Assembly (NCBI GenBank): GCA_016223105.1
Contig: JACRPR010000036.1
Coordinates: 1,729-65,728 of the forward strand
Reading direction: 5' to 3'
From: Chloroflexota bacterium
GTDB taxonomy: Bacteria; Chloroflexota; Anaerolineae; UBA4142
DNA: 64,000 nt
Shown here: one piece after another, positions 37,569-44,812 of the stretch
How positions within the stretch are numbered: the first letter of the stretch is position 1
How the letters are laid out: the number at the start of each line of letters is the position of its first letter
The notes under the pieces: generated by a model
Databases searched by the model: none
What the model saw: the letters and a program-made list of their open reading frames with translations, nothing else
What the model was told of the DNA's origin: nothing
Translations under genes and position numbers: made by a program

Positions 37569-39215
37569 CTACAACGTACTCAGGTATTGCTGAATCGCCG
37601 CGATCGCGACACCGCCTTCGCCGGTCGCGTGCGCGACGCGATTGTTCGTGCCAAAGCGCACATCGCCCGCGGCGAAAATTCCCGGACAACTTGTTTCGAG
37701 AATGTACGGATCGCGATCCAACATCCATCCTTTCGGACGTTTGCCGCCGCGCACCAGGTCGGGACCGGTGATGATGAATCCCTTGTCCGTCGTCTCGACC
37801 AGGTCGCGCACGAGTTCGCTGTTCGGCATCGCGCCGATGAAAATAAACATCGCCGCCGCGGGAACCGTTTGCGTTTCGCCGGTCTTGCTATTCTTGATCG
37901 TCAACGCTTCGAGTTTTCCCGGCGTGCCGTGAAGCGCGATCACCTCGGTATTAAACAGCCGCTCGATTTTTGGATTCGCTTCTTCCGCGTCGCGCAGATA
38001 TTTCGACGACCATTGCGAATCGCGGCGAATCAACATCGTGACCTGGCTCGCGAATCGCGACAAGAACATCGCGCCCTGCCCCGCCGAATTCGCGCCGCCG
38101 ATTACAAAGACCGGTTGATCGCGATAGTACGTCGCTTCGGTGAATGCCGCGCCGTAATACACGCCCGCGCCGGTCATTGCATCAATACCCGGCACATCGA
38201 GTCGGCGAAACGTCGCGCCGCTCGCCATCAACAACGTTTTGCCGACGATCTCGGATCCGTCCGCAAGTGTAACGATCCGATACTTGTCTTCGACGCGCAC
38301 GCGCACCGCTTCAGTCGCTTCGAGAATTTCCGCACCAAAGCGTTTGGCTTGCGTGATCGCGCGCCGCGCGAGATCCATTCCCGATACGCCGGAAGGAAAG
38401 CCGAGATAATTTTCGATCTTGGGACTGTTCCCGGCTTGACCGCCTGGGACGCCGCGCTCCAACACGACGACGCTCTGCCCCTCCGACCCGGCATACACCG
38501 CCGCCGACAAGCCGGCGGGACCCGCGCCAATCGCGATGATGTCGTACAATTTTGTTTCCGCGCGCGTTTGCATTCCAACTTTCGCGGCGAGTTCTTGCAG
38601 TGATGGCTCAACTAAAATCGCGCCATCGGGAAACACAACGACCGGCAATTTTTTGTGCGTGTCCGCGAGCGCGCGCGCGGTTTCGTCCTTGTCCACATCG
38701 AGCCACTGGTACGAAATCAAATGGCGCGCGAGAAAATCCTTGACTGTGTGCGAGTGCGGCGACCACAACGCGCCCGCGACGCGAATCCCTTCGAACGGCA
38801 ATTTCACATTCGCTTTCCACTCGTCGAGCAAATCGTCCAACACGGGATACAAATTTTCTTGCGGCGGATCCCAGGGCTTCATCAAATAATAATCGAGTCC
38901 GATCTGATTGATGGATTGGATCGCGGCTTGTGTGTCCGCGTACGCGGTGAGCAAAACTTTTTTCGCGTCCGGGAAAAGCGCGCGCGCCTGATCGAGAAAA
39001 TCGGTGCCGCTCATTTGCGGCATCCGTTGATCCACGAGCAACAGCGCAACGGTTTCCGCGCGCGCTTGCAATTGTTTGAGCGCGTCGAGCGCGACCGATC
39101 CGGCGTCGGCTTTGAGGATGCGATAATCGCGTCCATATTTTTGCCGCAGATCGCGTTCGACCGCGTTCAACACGGCGGGTTCGTCGTCGAGCGTGAGTAT
39201 AACTGGCTTGGGCAT
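37569..39215 (-). CDS. Receiver domain / Grx-like fold / thioredoxin-reductase-like flavoprotein fusion lacking both redox CxxC motifs
   Basis: ATG 39215 after AAGGAGAGGAA. REC VILTLDDEPAVL..LLLVDQRMPQMSG. Middle domain has WSPHS where W-C-x-x-C is expected. FAD IIAIGAGPAGLSAAVYA; NAD(P)H VIGGANSAGQGA; GIFAAGDVR. The TrxR C-A-T-C position reads AAFT. Confidence 0.85.
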   Translation of the reverse strand: MPKPVILTLDDEPAVLNAVERDLRQKYGRDYRILKADAGSVALDALKQLQARAETVALLLVDQRMPQMSGTDFLDQARALFPDAKKVLLTAYADTQAAIQSINQIGLDYYLMKPWDPPQENLYPVLDDLLDEWKANVKLPFEGIRVAGALWSPHSHTVKDFLARHLISYQWLDVDKDETARALADTHKKLPVVVFPDGAILVEPSLQELAAKVGMQTRAETKLYDIIAIGAGPAGLSAAVYAGSEGQSVVVLERGVPGGQAGNSPKIENYLGFPSGVSGMDLARRAITQAKRFGAEILEATEAVRVRVEDKYRIVTLADGSEIVGKTLLMASGATFRRLDVPGIDAMTGAGVYYGAAFTEATYYRDQPVFVIGGANSAGQGAMFLSRFASQVTMLIRRDSQWSSKYLRDAEEANPKIERLFNTEVIALHGTPGKLEALTIKNSKTGETQTVPAAAMFIFIGAMPNSELVRDLVETTDKGFIITGPDLVRGGKRPKGWMLDRDPYILETSCPGIFAAGDVRFGTNNRVAHATGEGGVAIAAIQQYLSTL

Positions 39216-39288
39216 TGCGTTCCTCTCCTTCAAAAAATACTGATGGGCGCGGATACTACATCAAAATTTCCGCTTTGCCAATCCCCTC

Positions 39289-40899
39289 TCATCCCAAATC
39301 GCGCGCTTGAGAAATTCCGCGCGCAAACGCTTGCGCGAGTTCCGCGTTTTGCAAACGCGCGCGCGCATCGGCGACGAGTTGATCGAGATCGGGCGCGGGT
39401 TTGCCGATGCGCGTCAACGCGCGCCGCGCGTGAATCCGCGCGGGTAAATAACCCAGCGCGTCCGCAAGCTCGCGCGCGGTGATCAAACAATTTTCCGCCG
39501 CGATTGTTTCGCCACGCGCGCGATGCACATCGGCTTGGAGAATCAATCCACGCGCGCGATATTTCGCGGATCGCGTGCGCGCGGTCAACGCGAACAATGT
39601 GGCGATTTGTTTTTCCGCGTCGTCCACGCGTCCGCGCGCGAATTCGAGGCGCGCGCTCGCATCCGCGAGCCGGGTTTGCCAACGCCACGCGTGAAAACCA
39701 AATTCGGGACGATCCATCCACTGCGCCAATTCCGCGCGATGCGCGTCCGCCTCATCGAGTTTGCCGAGCATCGTACAGTCGTTGACCAGGTTGATCAGCA
39801 CGCTGATTTCCGGCGGACGCACCGGCGCGCGTTTCGCAATGTCCAATCCAACCAGGTCGCGCGCGTACGCGGATTCCCAATCGCCGAGTTCCGCGTCGAG
39901 CCACGCGCGCGTGTTGGGGTATTGCGCCAAGCCGAACGGATTGCGCGTCTCTTCCGAAACCACACGCCCGGCTTCGAGCGCATCGAGCGCGGCGTCGTAG
40001 TTGCCGCGTCCGGCTTCCGCGCGCGCGAGCAAATACAGCGACACGATTTCGCCGACGCGATCGCTCAATCCTTTTTTGATGTCGTATGCTTTGCGCGCGC
40101 ACGCCGCCGCGCGACCAAAGCGTCCCATAAAATTATTTTGGATGCCGAGATAAAACAACGCTTCACCTTCGAGCGGCTTTTCATCGCGCGCGCGGGATGC
40201 GAACAACGCGCGGCGCAAACGTGGATACGCGTACGCGAGATCGCCGTCGGCTTGCGCGACCATTCCTTGCACGAGGTACGCACGCAGAGCGACCGACTCG
40301 TCTTGCAATGCGCGCGCGCGCGTTTCGGATTCGGACGCCATCGCGACCGCGTCCGCGCCGCGCCCGCTCAACGAGTAGAGCCAAGCAATGCGCGACATTA
40401 TTCTACACTCGTCAATTTCCAATTTCGCTGAACGCGCGAGCGGAAGCGCGGCTTGATAATCTTCAATCGCGCGATCGTACTGGCTGAGAAATTCGTACAC
40501 CTGCGCGCGCGATTCGCGCAGTGCCATCACCTCGTCCGGCTTGGCATCCGCGCTGAGCGCGAGCGCGCGTTCGAGCAGAGCAAGCGCTTCTTGGTTCGCG
40601 TATTGACGCAGAGCGTTTTGCGCCGCGCGAAACAGATACCGTCGCGCGCGATCGGGCACGTCGGCTTGCTCCCAATGAAAACCCAGCACGTCGCTCAACT
40701 TGCCTTTGCGTTCGGGAAATGTTTTTTCAATCGCTTCGGCGACCGCGCGATGAAGCGCGCGCCTCTGCGATTTCAAGAGCGAACGATAAACCGTCTCTTG
40801 CGTAAGCGCGTGCTTGAACGTGTACTCGTCGCCGTGATCGCGCGACGCGTGCACCAGTTGTTCGGTTACGAGTTGTCCGAGCTGTGGGTCGAGATTCAT
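39289..40899 (-). CDS. Stand-alone winged-helix-like + TPR module (paralogue E of the cyclase-STAND family C-terminal half)
   Basis: MNLDPQLGQLVTEQLVHAS...YTFKHALTQETVYRSLLKSQRRALHRAV aligns to internal residues of 51950-55567. The rest is TPR-like helical repeats. No SD sequence upstream. Confidence 0.7.
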   Translation of the reverse strand: MNLDPQLGQLVTEQLVHASRDHGDEYTFKHALTQETVYRSLLKSQRRALHRAVAEAIEKTFPERKGKLSDVLGFHWEQADVPDRARRYLFRAAQNALRQYANQEALALLERALALSADAKPDEVMALRESRAQVYEFLSQYDRAIEDYQAALPLARSAKLEIDECRIMSRIAWLYSLSGRGADAVAMASESETRARALQDESVALRAYLVQGMVAQADGDLAYAYPRLRRALFASRARDEKPLEGEALFYLGIQNNFMGRFGRAAACARKAYDIKKGLSDRVGEIVSLYLLARAEAGRGNYDAALDALEAGRVVSEETRNPFGLAQYPNTRAWLDAELGDWESAYARDLVGLDIAKRAPVRPPEISVLINLVNDCTMLGKLDEADAHRAELAQWMDRPEFGFHAWRWQTRLADASARLEFARGRVDDAEKQIATLFALTARTRSAKYRARGLILQADVHRARGETIAAENCLITARELADALGYLPARIHARRALTRIGKPAPDLDQLVADARARLQNAELAQAFARGISQARDLG

Positions 40900-40930
40900 T
40901 CAGGATTTTTTATCCGCGAATTTTTTTCTT

Positions 40931-41095
40931 GTAAGCGTTCAGCCCCATCCGTCATTGCGAGCGGTTTTCCCTGGCACTTGCGTTCCCGCCAGGGCAAGTG
41001 TGCGAAGCAATCCCCGACTTGGTCGATCCGGACTTGCAACGCGGAGATTGCTTCGTCGCAAAAACCGCTCCTCGCAATGACACCTGAACGGTTAC
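40931..41095. mobile_element. Repeat family 1, full copy with the 32-nt nested insert
   Basis: GTAAGCGTTCAG...GTCATTGCGAGCGGTTTT[32 nt]TGCGAAGCAATCCCC...CGCAATGACACCTGAACGGTTAC. Confidence 0.85.
40969..41000 (+). repeat. 32-nt element (nested in family 1)
   Basis: Identical 32-mer. Confidence 0.9.
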
Positions 41096-41173
41096 TTTTT
41101 CTTTTTCACATTCGCGTTATTCGCGTTACACCTGCCCTTGCGGGCGGTGCAAGGGTTCGCGGATAACTCAGTT

Positions 41174-41941
41174 TTAGTCGGTCGAATGGGCGTTGATGAA
41201 ATTGATGACGCGCGTCCACGCGTCGGCGGATTCGTTCGCAAACTCAACAAACTTGCGATCAAAAAAACTGTGCGGCGCGCCGGGATACGAAACGATTTCG
41301 TGCGCGACGCCGGCACGCGCGAGTTGCGCGTCGAGTTGTTGTACATCGCTTGCCGGAATTCCTGGGTCTGCGCCCCCGAACAAGCCCAGCACCGGGTAAC
41401 GATTTTTCCCGGCTTGTTCGAGCGTCGTCCCTTTTGCGCCGGCGACCGCGCGACTCAACCCGGCGTAAAACGCGATGATGCCCGCGAGATCGAATGTCTC
41501 CGCGCCGGTGTGCAAGCCGAGCGTGCCGCCGCGACAAAAGCCGACGATGAACGTCGCGCGCGGCGATTGGCTCAACAAACGCAAATGCGCGAGCGCGGCA
41601 TTCACATCAGCGAGAAAAGTTGGCACCGTCATTTTTTCGACGTGCGGTTGCCACTCGAAGGATTCATCGCGCGCGGTGAGACCGGCGGTGCGTCCGAAAT
41701 AATCAATCGCGAGCGCGCGGATTCCGATTTCGGCAAAGCGCAACGCGAGTTCTTTGTAAAATTGATGCAAGCCGCGAATGTCCGGGTAAATCAACACTTG
41801 CGCGCCGCTCGGTTGCGCCGAGTACGCGATGTACGCGGAAAACCGGTTTCCGTCCGGCGCGGTCAAGACCAGGTCGTTCCCATCCGCCGCGCCGCCGGAA
41901 ATCGGCGGATACGGCGGGCGCGCGGTATCATCGTAACACAT
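41174..41941 (-). CDS. Dienelactone hydrolase-family alpha/beta hydrolase
   Basis: GFCRGG nucleophile motif, LGLFGGADPGIP, APHSFFD. AGGAG 9 nt upstream. Only 13 nt after the upstream gene. Confidence 0.8.
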   Translation of the reverse strand: MCYDDTARPPYPPISGGAADGNDLVLTAPDGNRFSAYIAYSAQPSGAQVLIYPDIRGLHQFYKELALRFAEIGIRALAIDYFGRTAGLTARDESFEWQPHVEKMTVPTFLADVNAALAHLRLLSQSPRATFIVGFCRGGTLGLHTGAETFDLAGIIAFYAGLSRAVAGAKGTTLEQAGKNRYPVLGLFGGADPGIPASDVQQLDAQLARAGVAHEIVSYPGAPHSFFDRKFVEFANESADAWTRVINFINAHSTD

Positions 41942-41954
41942 TGTTTGTTGCTCC

Positions 41955-43697
41955 TTATTTCAAAACAGATTTCACATCCGGCACATTCAAAAACGATGCG
42001 CGCAAATCCTGGGGAGTGTGATCGGCGATGTATTCGATGATTGCGCGCGCGTGCGTTCGCAACGCGCGCGCGCGCGTCGAATCAGTTTCCATTTCCGCGA
42101 GCGCGGCAAGGATGCGCCACCAAATCCATCGCGCATTTGTGTCTTCGGCTTCGACGCGCGCCGCGTTTAGTATCATCATCGCTTCGTTCGTGTTGCCACT
42201 CTTGCACAAGGCGATTCCTTTGATGTACAACGCGTTAGGCAAATCCTGACGCAAGCGATGCGAGTGCTTGTATTCGATGAACCGATCACACGCGGCAATC
42301 GCGCGCGGGTAATCATTTTGCGCGAGCATCAATTCGGCTTCGGCTAAAATGTTTGCCGCGCCAAAGAGCGATTCGTGATCGGTCGGGGTGATCGTTTCAG
42401 TCGCTTCAGCGATGTACGTAGCCGCGCGCGCGATCTGCCCATCGCGCAAATACAAATGCCCGAGTTGCGCCGCCGTCCAAATGACCATCACTTGCGCTTG
42501 ATTCCTCCCGGCGCGATACGCGAGTTCCGCAAGCTCGATGCCACGCGCGATCATTCCCAGGTCGCCGTACAACGCGCCCAGGTCGGCGCGCGTAAACGCG
42601 AGCGGCGCTTGAAAACCGCTCACGGCTGTACGAATCGCGTCCTCCATCGAAGTAATCGCTTGCGCGACATGTCCGATGGCGCGATATGCTTCACCCACCC
42701 AACTTTGACTGAACGCTTGACCCCACACATTGCCGATGCTCAAACTGAGCGCATACGCTTCTTCCGCCGCCGCAATCGCGTCTTGATACCGGGCGAGCGC
42801 GATATAAATCATCGCGGCATAACTCAAATTGTCCGCGATCATCGGCGCGATGTTCATCTCACGCCACATTTGCCGCGCTTGCAAATTCAGTTCGATGCCG
42901 CGTTCGGGATCAATGGCATACGCGTACGGCAAACTGAGATCGTTGAGCAAGTACGCGATTTGTTCGCGCAATTCGAGTTTGCGCGCGATCGCGAGCGCTT
43001 GTTCGCCATACCCGATCGCGTGGCGATAATTCGTTCGCAAACGCGTATTGAGCAGTAAAAGATTCCACAGAATTTTTGCTTCCGCCGGTTGATCGCCAAT
43101 CGCGCGCGCGAGTTCCAACGCTTGATCGCACAACGTTTGCGCGAGTTGGCGATCCGATTGTTTGCTGGGAATCGAATAGATCGTCGCGCGCGCCATCAAT
43201 GCCGCGAGTTCCATCGCGCGGTCGCCACATTCGCGCGCGCGCGTTTCCATTTCGGCATAGAGCGTCAGCGCGCGGTCGTGCTGATCACTCAATTCGTACA
43301 GTCGTCCCAGTTTGAGTTGCAAATCTTGCGGATGCGCGCCGGCACGTTGCGCGCGATCGAGCGCGCGCGTGTAATGCGCGATCGCTTCGACATTCGCGTT
43401 CACGCGCGCGGCGACATCGCCGGCGCGCATCAAGTACTCGCGCGTTTTCGCGTCGTCGCCGGATTCGGCGTAATGTTGCGCGAGCAATGCGGCGTGCTCG
43501 TCCAAATTCTCCGCGTACAGTTGTTCGTACGCGTGCGCGACGCAGAGATGAATTTCGCGGCGTTGTTTTTGCAGTAACGAGTTGCGCGCGTTTTCCTGCG
43601 TGAGCGCGTGCTTGAAAATGTACGCCATCTCTTCTTCGGGGAGACGGCGCACGAGTTGCGCGTGTTCGAGTTGATTGAGCGGTGAAACCAGATTCAT
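41955..43697 (-). CDS. Stand-alone winged-helix-like + TPR module (paralogue D)
   Basis: Start ATG 43697 (MNLVSPLNQLEHAQLVRRL..YIFKHALTQENARNSLLQKQRREIHL). Very similar to 47982-49784 (AALLAQHY.E.GDDAKT...RAGDVAARV). Confidence 0.7.
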   Translation of the reverse strand: MNLVSPLNQLEHAQLVRRLPEEEMAYIFKHALTQENARNSLLQKQRREIHLCVAHAYEQLYAENLDEHAALLAQHYAESGDDAKTREYLMRAGDVAARVNANVEAIAHYTRALDRAQRAGAHPQDLQLKLGRLYELSDQHDRALTLYAEMETRARECGDRAMELAALMARATIYSIPSKQSDRQLAQTLCDQALELARAIGDQPAEAKILWNLLLLNTRLRTNYRHAIGYGEQALAIARKLELREQIAYLLNDLSLPYAYAIDPERGIELNLQARQMWREMNIAPMIADNLSYAAMIYIALARYQDAIAAAEEAYALSLSIGNVWGQAFSQSWVGEAYRAIGHVAQAITSMEDAIRTAVSGFQAPLAFTRADLGALYGDLGMIARGIELAELAYRAGRNQAQVMVIWTAAQLGHLYLRDGQIARAATYIAEATETITPTDHESLFGAANILAEAELMLAQNDYPRAIAACDRFIEYKHSHRLRQDLPNALYIKGIALCKSGNTNEAMMILNAARVEAEDTNARWIWWRILAALAEMETDSTRARALRTHARAIIEYIADHTPQDLRASFLNVPDVKSVLK

Positions 43698-43705
43698 TGC
43701 ACGAC

Positions 43706-44026
43706 CTAGAAAATTTTTTTGAGCCAGTACGTGATCGCCACGTTCGCCGTGATGAAAACGCAAAAGACGATGCCCGACGCGACCGCGCTGTACAACAATT
43801 CGCGCGTCGTGTCCCAAACGGTGCCGGGCAAATCACCGCGATAATAATTGAACAGATTAAACACGAAAATATACGCGGCGACGCCGAGCGGCGGAATCGG
43901 CAAAAAGAAGCGAATGTTTTCGGAAACGGAATTTCGAAACAGATAGAGCAAGACGCCGGTCAACAACATCAAGAATCCCGCCACGGTAATCGTCAAAATG
44001 TTGACCTTGAGCATTTCGTCGTCCAT
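43706..44026 (-). CDS. Small 3-TM membrane protein (106 aa), unknown function
   Basis: ATG 44026 (MDDEMLKVNILTITVAGFLMLLTGVLLYLF) with AGAGGA 5 nt upstream. Its stop lies 8 nt before the start of paralogue D. Confidence 0.5.
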   Translation of the reverse strand: MDDEMLKVNILTITVAGFLMLLTGVLLYLFRNSVSENIRFFLPIPPLGVAAYIFVFNLFNYYRGDLPGTVWDTTRELLYSAVASGIVFCVFITANVAITYWLKKIF

Positions 44027-44052
44027 AGATTCCTCTGTTTTGAAGACTGCGC

Positions 44053-44158
44053 GCATCCTTCGACTCCGCTCAGGATGCGGAAGGTAGCGAATCCTGAAGC
44101 GAAGTCGAAGGATGCGGCTCGCGGAATATACCGCACCCTACGACTCCGCTCAGGATGC
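44053..44158. repeat. Repeat family 5 (GCATCCTTCGACTCCGCTCAGGATGC units, direct and inverted)
   Basis: Units at 44053-44078, 44096-44115 (inverted) and 44138-44158. Confidence 0.75.
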
Positions 44159-44812
44159 TTGGTCTTTACTCAACATCGCGATTGCCGCGCGCGTGCGCTC
44201 GGCGTCCGGCTGGGCGCGCAGTGCTTCAAAGATCGCGAGCGCGTGCGCGAACAAATCGCGCGCGGCGTCGCGCGTAGCGCGCGCGCGCGCCAGGTGCGCC
44301 AACTCGACGAGCGTGCGTCCGATCTGCCAACGCGTGCCCAGGTCGCGAAAAATTTCGAGCGCGCAATTCAAACGCGTTTCCGCTTCGCCGTGCTCGCCGG
44401 ACAACCGATGCGCGACGCCCCACGCGCGATGCGCGATCGCGAGGTAAAGTTTGTGTCCGTCGCGTTCCGCCAATTCTTCTAGCCGCGCGGCATACGCGCG
44501 GCACGCGGTGGCATCCTGGGTTTGCGCCGCCGCATCCGCGAGCATCATATACATATCGTGATCGTGCGCCATCGAACCGCGCTTGACCGGTTGCCCGGCT
44601 AACTTGAACGCTTGCTCAATTGTTTCAGTCACGAGAGCGAACTCGCCCTTTGCCTTTAACGGCAACGATCTTCAATAGTGTTGATTTCTCTGCCACTGAT
44701 CCGGTTGCCCGGACATTCCGATCATATAATCGTACGATTCCTGGGCATACGCCCGGGCTTGCTCTCGCTCGCCACGCAACGCGTGGACGGTCGCGCTGAG
44801 CGCGACAAAAAA
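44150..44812 (-). pseudogene. In-frame continuation (C-terminal TPR tail) of paralogue C, cut off by TGA 44813-44815 and a second TGA 44672-44674
   Basis: Same reading frame as 44813-47974. 46 sense codons (FFVALSATVHALRGEREQARAYAQESYDYMIGMSGQPDQWQRNQHY), then TGA, then the track ORF 44150-44665, whose end resembles the C-termini of the sister modules. Confidence 0.7.
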
